DNA of 32,000 nucleotides from Aquifex aeolicus VF5 (lineage in GTDB: Bacteria; Aquificota; Aquificia; Aquificales; Aquificaceae). The notes beneath the pieces were generated by a model. The model saw nothing but the letters and a program-made list of their open reading frames with translations, did not search any database and was not told where the DNA came from. Within the stretch, counting starts at the first letter, position 1. The number at the start of each line of letters is the position of its first letter. The stretch is from NCBI RefSeq assembly GCF_000008625.1, contig NC_000918.1, positions 510,001 to 542,000 on the forward strand, written 5' to 3'. The translations under genes and the position numbers were made by a program. Shown piece by piece: positions 18,311 to 26,590 of the stretch.

Positions 18311-19191
18311 TGGATTTGTTAGATGCTTGGGATTACTTCATAAACGAGGTTAGAAAATTTTTCAAAGAGAAGGGCTACACCGAGGTCTCCACCCCCCTCC
18401 TTCTCGACTTTCCCAACTTAGACTCAAACGTAGAGCCCGTAAAGGTGGAAGTTCTGGAAAGGGGAGAGAATAAAGTAAAGTGGCTTCACACGTCCCCCGA
18501 ATACTCTATGAAAAAGCTCCTTTCCCGCTACAAAAGGGATATATTCCAGATAACAAAAGTCTTCAGGAACAACGAGTGGGGTAGGCTTCACAGGATAGAG
18601 TTTCACATGCTCGAGTGGTACGCTGTAGGTTGCGACTACCTTTACTTAATAGAGGAGCTCAAACAGCTCCTCAATAAACTCTTTGGCTTCAAAGAATTTG
18701 AAGTTATTACGGTGGAGGAAGCCTTTAAAAGGCACTTCGGGGAGGGAATTCCGCAGGAAGAAAGCAGTATGAAAGAACTCCTTGAGAGAAAGGGTATTGA
18801 TTTTTCAGAGGACGAAGACTGGGAAACGCTTTTCTACAGGGCTTTTATAGAAGTTGAGAGGCATTTAGGTTTTAATAGACCCACTTTTTTGATAAACTTC
18901 CCGGAAAGGCTGTGCGCCCTCGCAAAAGTAAGAAACGGATATGCGGAGAGGTTTGAACTCTTTATAAAGGGAATAGAACTCGCAAACGGCTGGACCGAGG
19001 AGACCAACCCTGAGGAAGTGAGAAAAAGGCTTGAGAGGGAAGCAAAAAAGAGAAATCTTCCCTTGGACGAGGACTTTATAAAGGCTCACGAAGATATGCC
19101 CGAGTGTGCGGGATGCTCCCTCGGTATAGACAGGCTCTTTTCCCTCTTTTTAGGAAAGGAAGAACTTGTCAGCGAATTCTTCCGAGCTTAA
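18310..19191 (+). CDS. epmA: EF-P lysine lysyltransferase (PoxA/GenX, truncated class II LysRS paralog)
   Basis: Class II aaRS motif 2 FRNNEWGRLHRIEFHMLEWY and motif 3 GCSLGIDRL. 293 aa with no anticodon-binding domain. TGATG overlap with mnmG. Confidence 0.8.
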   Translation: MDLLDAWDYFINEVRKFFKEKGYTEVSTPLLLDFPNLDSNVEPVKVEVLERGENKVKWLHTSPEYSMKKLLSRYKRDIFQITKVFRNNEWGRLHRIEFHMLEWYAVGCDYLYLIEELKQLLNKLFGFKEFEVITVEEAFKRHFGEGIPQEESSMKELLERKGIDFSEDEDWETLFYRAFIEVERHLGFNRPTFLINFPERLCALAKVRNGYAERFELFIKGIELANGWTEETNPEEVRKRLEREAKKRNLPLDEDFIKAHEDMPECAGCSLGIDRLFSLFLGKEELVSEFFRA

Positions 19192-19942
19192 CGGATATCT
19201 TTTGAGCGCTTTCTTTCAGTATTTCCTTAACCCAGCCCGTTAGGTCTTCTTTGGTCATCCTGTAGGAAGGGGCAACGATGGTGACAGTGTAGTTTACTTT
19301 TCCCGCATAGTCGTAAACCGGGGCGGCAGCACTTACAACTTCCTCCTCGTACTCTTCCAGGTTAAGGGCGTAACCCTCTTTCCTGATTTTCGGGAGTTCT
19401 TTCAGGAGTTCTTCGGGTGTTTTGGTGTGGGGGGTGTGTCTTACCCACTTTACGGTTTTAAAGTAGTTTTCGAGTTCCTTTTCGTCAAAGTGAGAGAGGT
19501 AAATCTTTCCGGAGGCGGAAGCGTAAAGCGGGAGAACCCTCCCGTATCTCGAGAGTATCATCACTTCCCTTTCTACTTCGCTCTTTTCTATGTAGAGAAC
19601 CTCGTAAGAGACTCTGGTCGTCAGGTAAACGTTTTCCTTTACCTTCTTTGCCACCTCCTCGAGGATGGGTTTTGAAGCTTTCTTTATGTCTAAGTGCTTC
19701 AGGTAAGATACGCCGAGTTCAAAGTTCTTTATGCCGAGTCTGTAGAGTTTATTTTCCTCGTCAAAGGATATCCACTCGGACTCCAATAAGAATGTGAGTA
19801 TCTTCTGGAGCTTCTGTCTGCTGATTCTGAGTTCTTCCTGGAGCTTTTCAAAGGTATATGGTTTTTTCTCAAGGAGGAATAGAACCTCAAGGGCAAGGTG
19901 TACGTTCTGGATTATGTATATATCCTTATACTGATGTTCCAT
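19169..19942 (-). CDS. IclR-family transcriptional regulator
   Basis: N-terminal wHTH (LEVLFLLEKKPYTFEKLQEELRISRQKLQKILTFL) plus an effector domain of about 170 aa typical of IclR. 257 aa. Confidence 0.8.
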   Translation of the reverse strand: MEHQYKDIYIIQNVHLALEVLFLLEKKPYTFEKLQEELRISRQKLQKILTFLLESEWISFDEENKLYRLGIKNFELGVSYLKHLDIKKASKPILEEVAKKVKENVYLTTRVSYEVLYIEKSEVEREVMILSRYGRVLPLYASASGKIYLSHFDEKELENYFKTVKWVRHTPHTKTPEELLKELPKIRKEGYALNLEEYEEEVVSAAAPVYDYAGKVNYTVTIVAPSYRMTKEDLTGWVKEILKESAQKISVKLGRIR

Positions 19943-19955
19943 AAGTCTAAATTTT

Positions 19956-19968
19956 AAAGTTAAACTTT
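19956..19968. promoter_or_regulatory. 13-bp perfect palindrome AAAGTT-A-AACTTT, candidate operator
   Basis: It lies in the 33-bp divergent spacer between the IclR-family gene and the GT39 gene. It is short and AT-rich, so chance occurrence is possible. Confidence 0.25.
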
Positions 19969-19975
19969 TTTCCTG

Positions 19976-21418
19976 ATGTTTGGACTTGCCTTACTGATAA
20001 ACACTTTCTTTTTAGTTTTCAGAGTCCTTTACGTGCTTTTTTACCCCGTAGACCTCTCTCCGGAAGAGGCCCAGTACTGGGACTGGTCGAGACACCTTGA
20101 CCTCAGTTACTACTCTAAACCTCCAATGGTAGCCTACATGAACTTTTTGTCAACGCACGTCTTTGGAAATACAGAACTCGGAGTCAGGATAAACGCCATA
20201 CTTCTTTCTTTTCTGCTTTCCCTGATTACCTACTTCTTTGCCAAGAAGCTATTTTCCGAAAAGGTAGCATTTGTAGCCTCAGTTGTTCCCAATTTATTCA
20301 CAGGATTTTCAATAAACTCAGTCCTCTTTACAACAGATTCCCCTCTCATTTTCTTCTGGGCACTTTCTGTAATTTCCTTCTACTTTGCGATAGAAAAAAA
20401 TACCTTGAGCCTATGGATTTTGACGGGTGTTTTTTCGGGTCTTGCGTTCCTGAGCAAATACCCCGCTGTATTCCTCCTTCCCTTAGGGATTCTCTACCTT
20501 TATCTCACGAAAAAGGAACTTTTAAAAGATTTAAAGATATTCTCCTCTGTTCTGGTAGCCTTTTTAATTGCCCTTCCCGTTCTCATATGGAACGCAAAGC
20601 ATGATTTTATCTCCTTCAAGCATGTCAGCAACCTGGCACAAAAGCACGCCCACTTCCCGAACTTTTCTACCTTTTTTGAGTACTTGGGAGGACAGGTTTT
20701 ACTGCTCTCGGTCATTCCCTTCTTCTTCGTTTTATACGGTTGGGTAAGAACTTTTAAGGAAAGAAACAAAAGACTTATATTTTTAACCACTTTCTCCCTG
20801 CCGGTTTTCCTGTTTTTTGCTTTTCTTTCTCTGAAAAAGAGGGTTTACGCTAACTGGGCTGGGTTCGGATACTACACGGCTTCAATACTCTTTGCCTACT
20901 ACTTTTTAAAATCACCTAAATCTTTGAAATTTCTAACCTTAATCCTCTCTGCATTTTTAACCCTTCTCTTACACTTCACACCTTTGTTTGATTACCTCGG
21001 CTTGAGAAATCTCCTTCCTCCCAAAAGGGATCCCGCAAAGTTATTAGTAGGCTGGGAAGATCTCGGAAAGGAAGTTGGAAGGTTTTACACGGGGAAAGAA
21101 CTTATATTCTCAACCGCTTACCAGATTTCCGCGGAGCTCGCCTTTTACGTTCCGGGAAATCCGAGAACTTACGTTTTTCACGTAAACAGGTACACCCAGT
21201 ACTACCTCTGGAGGGAAGGACTGAAAAACTTCAAGGGTAAAGATGCCGTATTCGTGAGCTACGGAGGCGTCCCGAAGGAAGTTATGAGAAGTTTTGAAGG
21301 AAAAGAGTTTTTAAAGGAAGTGAGGGTGGTGTGGAGAAACCAGGTTGTAAGAAAGTTTTATATTTATAAACTGAAAAACTTTAAGGGCGAGTTTTATGAA
21401 AATCCCAAGGGGTATTAA
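19976..21418 (+). CDS. GT-C fold glycosyltransferase family 39 (ArnT/PMT-like) membrane protein
   Basis: 480 aa with about 10-12 TM. N-terminal loop YPVDLSPEEAQYWDWSRHLDLSYYSKPPM is typical of ArnT/PMT_2 enzymes. Confidence 0.8.
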   Translation: MFGLALLINTFFLVFRVLYVLFYPVDLSPEEAQYWDWSRHLDLSYYSKPPMVAYMNFLSTHVFGNTELGVRINAILLSFLLSLITYFFAKKLFSEKVAFVASVVPNLFTGFSINSVLFTTDSPLIFFWALSVISFYFAIEKNTLSLWILTGVFSGLAFLSKYPAVFLLPLGILYLYLTKKELLKDLKIFSSVLVAFLIALPVLIWNAKHDFISFKHVSNLAQKHAHFPNFSTFFEYLGGQVLLLSVIPFFFVLYGWVRTFKERNKRLIFLTTFSLPVFLFFAFLSLKKRVYANWAGFGYYTASILFAYYFLKSPKSLKFLTLILSAFLTLLLHFTPLFDYLGLRNLLPPKRDPAKLLVGWEDLGKEVGRFYTGKELIFSTAYQISAELAFYVPGNPRTYVFHVNRYTQYYLWREGLKNFKGKDAVFVSYGGVPKEVMRSFEGKEFLKEVRVVWRNQVVRKFYIYKLKNFKGEFYENPKGY

Positions 21419-22250
21419 GATCATCTTGAGATGGGTTGTCACTCTTTACATTTATGGCTTTATCCTTTACCAGATAACGCCCTTTTCTTACTTTGAAACC
21501 TACATTCCCGAAGAGAGACTCGCTCCCAAGCCTTACGTTGAAAGGATTTTTTACCTTTTCGGCGTAAAGTCAAATGAGTACCCGTCAAAAGAGGTTCTTG
21601 AATTCTTAAAAAGCATGGACGTGGATCTCGTTTACGGATTTTTTCCTTTTGAAGATTACGGGATATTTAAGAATTCTTTAAAGGCTCCGGAATGTCACTT
21701 AATCTACACCTCGGAAATTTCTACTTTTCACAGGATTTTGAACTTTCTTTTTGATTACGTTCCCAAAAAGATAACGGGGAATGAAACGAGAACCTTTCAT
21801 TACTTCATTAAGCCTAAGTTAGGCAAGTGCAACGTAATAGTTCAGGACGTTTACCTTTCACCAAACTTTTTAGACTTCAAACTTGATCACTCTAGAAACA
21901 TGGTTTACAAAAGGCTCTGGGAGGATTTACAGCTGGAACAGAACGTAATTACAAACGGGAGGAAAAGCGTTGACGTTTACGCTTACTCAACGAAAAGTAT
22001 GTATTATCCTAGCGAAAGCACAATATACCCCTTTAAACTCTACGCAAAGAGTAACGAAGAAAAAACCTTAATAATCGTTTACAGGGACGGAAAAGTTTAC
22101 AGGATTTACGACGAAAGGAGCACAGTTTTGAAAATTAATAAACCCGGAAAGTACTCCGTAAAGATACTCACTTACGCCTTTTCGTGGGAGGGGTATTACT
22201 TCGGCCTCAGGACGATTGCTTACTCCGCACCGATAACCCTTTTATATTAA
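21396..22250 (+). CDS. hypothetical protein with N-terminal TM anchor
   Basis: 284-aa ORF overlapping the GT39 3' end by 23 nt. TM segment IKIILRWVVTLYIYGFILYQI. No recognisable motif. Confidence 0.65.
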   Translation: MKIPRGIKIILRWVVTLYIYGFILYQITPFSYFETYIPEERLAPKPYVERIFYLFGVKSNEYPSKEVLEFLKSMDVDLVYGFFPFEDYGIFKNSLKAPECHLIYTSEISTFHRILNFLFDYVPKKITGNETRTFHYFIKPKLGKCNVIVQDVYLSPNFLDFKLDHSRNMVYKRLWEDLQLEQNVITNGRKSVDVYAYSTKSMYYPSESTIYPFKLYAKSNEEKTLIIVYRDGKVYRIYDERSTVLKINKPGKYSVKILTYAFSWEGYYFGLRTIAYSAPITLLY

Positions 22251-22256
22251 GTTAGA

Positions 22257-22823
22257 ATGAAAGTTGTGAGGGCTTTTGTTGGTTTTTTCACGAGCAAATC
22301 CATAAACGAGGTAGCGGAAAGGATAAAAAAGGAAGTGGATTTAAAAATTATGGGAAAGTGGGTGGAACCCCAAAACGTCCACATGACGCTCCAGTTCCTC
22401 GGGGACATCACAGAAGCCCAAGCTATAGAGGTGATTAAAAATTTACAGGAAATCTCAAAGAAGAACATACCCTTCAGGATTAAGTACAAAGGTCTCGGCG
22501 TATTTCCCGACGTCAAAAGACCGAGGGTCCTCTGGATTGGTGTATCGGAAGGGGCAAACAAGTTGACAAATCTCGCAAAGGAAGTGGCAAGACTAAACGC
22601 AAAGAAGGGTATTATCCCGAAAAATTCTAAGAACTTCGTTCCCCACGTTACGATATGCAGGATAAAGTCCTACGACAGGAAAACCTTAAACGAACTCCTC
22701 AGGAAGTACAGAACAGTTGAGTTTGGTGAAGACGAGGTAAACAAGATAGCCCTCATTTCCAGTACACTCACGTCCGTGGGACCCATATACACGGTGGTTG
22801 AGGAGTTTTACCTCGGAGGGTGA
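22257..22823 (+). CDS. thpR: RNA 2',3'-cyclic phosphodiesterase (2H family, LigT/ThpR)
   Basis: Two HxT/S motifs (HMTLQFLG and HVTICR) at the canonical spacing. 188 aa. Confidence 0.85.
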   Translation: MKVVRAFVGFFTSKSINEVAERIKKEVDLKIMGKWVEPQNVHMTLQFLGDITEAQAIEVIKNLQEISKKNIPFRIKYKGLGVFPDVKRPRVLWIGVSEGANKLTNLAKEVARLNAKKGIIPKNSKNFVPHVTICRIKSYDRKTLNELLRKYRTVEFGEDEVNKIALISSTLTSVGPIYTVVEEFYLGG

Positions 22824-22825
22824 AT

Positions 22826-23821
22826 ATGGTCACCTACAGGTCTGCGGGAGTTGACATAGACAAGGCGAACGAGTTCGTGAAGTTCATAAAAGAAAAGGTA
22901 AAAAAAGAGTTTAATCTGGAAGAATTCGGAGGATTTGCGAGCGGTTTCCCGATAAAGGGTTATAAAAAACCCATTCTCTTTTCCACAACAGACGGCGTAG
23001 GAACGAAACTCAAAGTAGCACAGGCTGTGGGTGTTCACAATACCGTGGGAATAGATCTCGTTGCGATGAACGTAAACGACCTGATAACCACGGGGGCGGA
23101 CCCCTTCATATTTCTGGACTACATAGCCACGGGAAAGCTGGATCTTGAAGTTATGAAACAGGTAATGGAGGGGATTATAAAGGGCTGCAGGGAGGGAGAG
23201 GTAATTCTCGCAGGCGGTGAGACTGCGGAGATGCCCGGATTTTACCCGGAAGGGGTTTACGACCTTGCAGGCTTTTGCGTTGGACTTTGTGAGGAAGATG
23301 AAGTAATTACGGGTAAAGAAATAAAGCCCGGGGACCTTCTTTTAGGACTTCCTTCTTCTGGATTTCACAGTAACGGATACTCTCTCATAAGGAAAGTTCT
23401 TGAGATGAACAACGTTTCCTATGAGGATTACGTGGAAGAGCTCGGCAAAAAAGTGTGGGAAGTTTTACTCGTCCCCACGAGGATATACGTAAAGGAAATT
23501 AAAAAACTTAAAAAGAATGTAAAAATTAAGGGGATAGCCCACATAACGGGCGGAGGAATTCCCGAAAACCTGATAAGGATACTTCCCGAGGGAACAAAGG
23601 CTGTAGTTTACAAAAAGAACATTCCACAAAACCCCGTGTTTTCCTGGATTCAAAGACTCGGAAATGTAGAGGAAAGGGAAATGTTCAGGACCTTTAACAT
23701 GGGCGTGGGAATGATAGTTATTCTGGACAAAGAAGAGTTTGATAAGGCAAGGGAGTTAATACCGGAGTCCTTTTACTTGGGTGAAATCCTTGCGGGAAGA
23801 AAGGAAGTGGAAATCCTGTAG
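22826..23821 (+). CDS. purM: phosphoribosylformylglycinamidine cyclo-ligase (AIR synthetase)
   Basis: YRSAGVDIDKAN; TDGVGTKLK; DLVAMNVNDL; HITGGG. The ATG at 22826 is 6 nt after GGAGG (22815-22819). The ORF-track GTG at 22820 abuts the SD. Confidence 0.9.
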   Translation: MVTYRSAGVDIDKANEFVKFIKEKVKKEFNLEEFGGFASGFPIKGYKKPILFSTTDGVGTKLKVAQAVGVHNTVGIDLVAMNVNDLITTGADPFIFLDYIATGKLDLEVMKQVMEGIIKGCREGEVILAGGETAEMPGFYPEGVYDLAGFCVGLCEEDEVITGKEIKPGDLLLGLPSSGFHSNGYSLIRKVLEMNNVSYEDYVEELGKKVWEVLLVPTRIYVKEIKKLKKNVKIKGIAHITGGGIPENLIRILPEGTKAVVYKKNIPQNPVFSWIQRLGNVEEREMFRTFNMGVGMIVILDKEEFDKARELIPESFYLGEILAGRKEVEIL

Positions 23822-23952
23822 CCCGTCTTTCTTTCGCTCTTTTGCTTTTGTTTAAAGTGGTAATAAGCGTAAGCCATAACTATAAAGAAAAAAATTAAGG
23901 TTGCTATCCTTACCCACCTCTTGAAGCGGGCGTACTTAAACTGGTCCGACAT
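23773..23952 (-). CDS. possible small (59 aa) single-pass membrane protein
   Basis: From the internal ATG at 23952 the product is MSDQFKYARFKRWVRIATLIFFFIVMAYAYYHFKQKQKSERK...: a TM helix flanked by basic residues. It fills an otherwise unusual 156-bp gap, but has no SD and overlaps the purM 3' end. Confidence 0.3.
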   Translation of the reverse strand: MSDQFKYARFKRWVRIATLIFFFIVMAYAYYHFKQKQKSERKTGYRISTSFLPARISPK

Positions 23953-23977
23953 GGTTTTTATTTTAGAATAAAGACCC

Positions 23978-24436
23978 ATGTTTAGTATGACCGGTTTCGG
24001 AAAAGGAGAAGCAGAAAGCGAAAACTGGAAAGTCACCGTTATGATGCGTTCCCTTAATGGGAAGGGACTGGACGTATCCCTGAGAATGCCACCCTTCTTA
24101 ATGCCTATGGAGCTTGAACTAAAGAACGAAATAAAGAAACACCTTCGCAGGGGAACGGTAACGGTTTACATAGACCTTGAACAAAAAGTGGTAAAACCAC
24201 CCATTGACGTTGAAAAATTAAAGGCGAACGTTGAGATGTTAAGGGAACTCTCAAACTCCGTTGGACTTTCTCCCACCGACGACAAAATCCTTGACTACGC
24301 TTGGAGGTATTCGGAAAAAGCGGAAATAGAACTGGACGAAGAACTTAAAAATGTCGTAATGGAAGCCCTGAGGAAGGCTATACAGGAACTCCTTGAGAGC
24401 AGAAAGAAGGAAGGGGAGCACTTAAAAAAGATTTAA
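23978..24436 (+). CDS. yicC: YicC-family protein, N-terminal (YicC_N) part; the reading frame is interrupted
   Basis: MFSMTGFGKGE...SLNGKGLDVSLRMP...RRGTVTVYIDLE is the canonical YicC N-domain. The ORF stops 2 codons after an A_AAA_AAG heptamer. Confidence 0.85.
   Translation: MFSMTGFGKGEAESENWKVTVMMRSLNGKGLDVSLRMPPFLMPMELELKNEIKKHLRRGTVTVYIDLEQKVVKPPIDVEKLKANVEMLRELSNSVGLSPTDDKILDYAWRYSEKAEIELDEELKNVVMEALRKAIQELLESRKKEGEHLKKI
24424..24430 (+). other. in-frame A_AAA_AAG heptamer at the yicC frame break (candidate -1 recoding site or homopolymer indel)
   Basis: The zero frame reads tta aaa aag att taa. Shifting -1 after AAG reads gat tta acg gag..., which continues into the YicC C-domain ORF. 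Confidence 0.4.
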
Positions 24437-24465
24437 CGGAGAGGATAAGGAAAATAGAAGAAATC

Positions 24466-24825
24466 GTGAACGTTCTGGACAGGAAGAAGGAGGAGTTCAA
24501 GGAAAGGATAAAAGAGAGAGTTCTGGAGAGGGCAAAGGCACTGAACCTTCCCGAAGAACACCCGACGGTTTTAAACGAACTCATGTTTTTGCTTGAGAAG
24601 TACGACGTTAATGAGGAAGTTCAGAGACTGAAAGCTCACGTAGAACGCTTTAAAAAACTCCTTGAGAGTGAAGGAGAAGTTGGAAAGAAGCTTGAATTTC
24701 TTGCACAGGAGATGCACAGGGAAATAACTACTCTTGGGAACAAAATTCCCGACTTTTCCGAGTACACGGTTGAAGTCAAAGCTGAGATTGACAAGATAAA
24801 GCAACAGGCTGCAAACGTGGAATAA
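24466..24825 (+). CDS. yicC: YicC-family protein, C-terminal (DUF1732) part, in the -1 frame relative to the N-terminal part
   Basis: EKYDVNEEVQRLKAHV...VGKKLEFLAQEMHREITTLGNK...QQAANVE matches the conserved YicC C-terminus. The frame is open upstream to 24430. Confidence 0.85.
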   Translation: MNVLDRKKEEFKERIKERVLERAKALNLPEEHPTVLNELMFLLEKYDVNEEVQRLKAHVERFKKLLESEGEVGKKLEFLAQEMHREITTLGNKIPDFSEYTVEVKAEIDKIKQQAANVE

Positions 24826-24836
24826 CTTTTATCCTT

Positions 24837-25613
24837 ATGAGGCTTGACAAGTATTTGACCGACAAGGGTATAGTCCCCTCACGGGAAAAGGCACAGGCGG
24901 TAATAATGGCGGGACAGGTGCTCGTAAACGGAAAAGTAGTTGACAAACCCGGATACAGATTAAAGGGGAACGAAAAGGTAGAGGTAAAGGAACTCCCCAA
25001 ATACGTTTCCAGAGGCGGGGAAAAACTTGAATGGGCGATAAAGAGGTTTTCCTTAGATTTAAAGGATAAAGTCGTTCTGGACGTTGGTTCTTCCACAGGA
25101 GGCTTTACGGACTGCGCCCTTCAACACGGGGCGAAAAAGGTTTACGCGGTAGACGTCGGAAGGGGACAAATGGACTACAAACTAAGGCAGGACCCGAGAG
25201 TAGTACTCTATGAGGAAACGGACGCAAGAGAACTCTCAGAAGAACACGTTCCCGAAAAGGTTGACCTCATAACCTGTGACGTTTCCTTTATATCCTCCAC
25301 GAAAGTTCTTCCAAACGTATTTAAGTTCTTAAAAGAAGACGGACTCCTTTTAGTTCTTGTAAAGCCCCAGTTTGAACTCTGTCCGAGGAAAGTAAAAAAG
25401 GGAGTAGTCAGGGAAAAAGAACACAAGAGGGAAGCCCTGCAAAAGGTAGTAAACTTCCTAAAAGAGAACGGCTTTAGAATACTCGGAGTTATAAAGTCAA
25501 AGCCGAAGGGCACTAAGGGAAATGAGGAATTTTTCGTTTTGGCTGGGAGAAAAGGGGAGGAAGTAAACTTATCCGAGGCGATAGAGAAAGCCCTTGAGGA
25601 GGTAGTGGATTGA
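24837..25613 (+). CDS. tlyA: TlyA-family rRNA (cytidine-2'-O)-methyltransferase (hemolysin A-like)
   Basis: N-terminal S4 domain (MRLDKYL...SREKAQ) followed by an FtsJ-like SAM fold (VLDVGSSTGGFTDC, DVSFIS). Confidence 0.85.
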   Translation: MRLDKYLTDKGIVPSREKAQAVIMAGQVLVNGKVVDKPGYRLKGNEKVEVKELPKYVSRGGEKLEWAIKRFSLDLKDKVVLDVGSSTGGFTDCALQHGAKKVYAVDVGRGQMDYKLRQDPRVVLYEETDARELSEEHVPEKVDLITCDVSFISSTKVLPNVFKFLKEDGLLLVLVKPQFELCPRKVKKGVVREKEHKREALQKVVNFLKENGFRILGVIKSKPKGTKGNEEFFVLAGRKGEEVNLSEAIEKALEEVVD

Positions 25614-26590
25614 GGCGTTTTTTAATCCTCCTGTACGTGTTCCTTGTAAGTTCAGTTCTCGGCTTTATAGCCTTTGAGATATTCACACCCCTTTACGTTC
25701 CAAAGAAAACCGTTGAAATAAAGTACGGGACTCCCGTTCCGGAAATAGCCCAGATTTTAGAAGAAAATAAAGTTATAAAGAACAAGTACTACTTTCTCAT
25801 ACTCCACGCCTTTAAGAGGGGAAAGCTGGAAGCGGGCGAGTACGAGTTTGAAGGGTGGTTGAGCACGTACGACGTTTACAAAATCCTTGAAGAGGGAAAG
25901 GCAAAACTCTACAAGGTTACTGTAAAGGAAGGTTACGACGTATTTGACATAGCAAAAGTTCTGGAAGAAAACGGAATTTGTAAAGAAGAAGACTTTTTGA
26001 AGTACGCCCTTTCGGAAGAGGTTGCGAGGAAGTATAACTTGAGCGTGCCCTCCATGGAGGGTTTTCTCTTTCCGGATACATATTACCTTTCCAGGAATAT
26101 GCACCCCTTAAAGGTTATAGACATTATGTACAAAAACTTCCTCGAAAAAACGGAAGAAATGAGAATGGAACTGAGGAAAAAGCACATATCTCTGGAAACC
26201 TGGGTAACGGTTGCCTCAATGGTCGAAAAGGAAACCCACCTGGATGAAGAAAAACCCCTTATAGCAGCGGTGATATACAACAGGCTGAAAAAAGGAATGA
26301 AGCTCCAGATAGACCCTACCGTTATATACGTTGCGAAAAGAAGAGGTATATGGAAGGGGGAACTCTACAAGAGTCTTTATAAAATAGACGACCCTTACAA
26401 CACTTACATGTACTACGGACTTCCGCCGGGACCAATATCTAACCCCGGACTTTCTTCACTAAGGGCAGCGCTCTACCCTGCGAAGGTAAATTACCTGTAC
26501 TTTGTAGCAAAACCCGGATACAAGGGACACCTTTTTGCTGAAACTTACCTTGAACACCTCAGGAATATGAGAAGGGTAGGAAGACGCTAA
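25610..26590 (+). CDS. mltG: endolytic murein transglycosylase MltG (YceG family)
   Basis: N-terminal TM anchor; EGFLFPDTY; catalytic ASMVEKE; VIYNRL; [16 protein letters not shown] start overlaps the tlyA stop. Confidence 0.85.

Noticed and set aside
23773-24036. Full 87-aa version of the minus-strand ORF starting at 24036.
   Set aside because: Its first 28 codons overlap the well-supported yicC start region and encode no recognisable feature. Only the shorter 59-codon version from ATG 23952 is retained, at low confidence.
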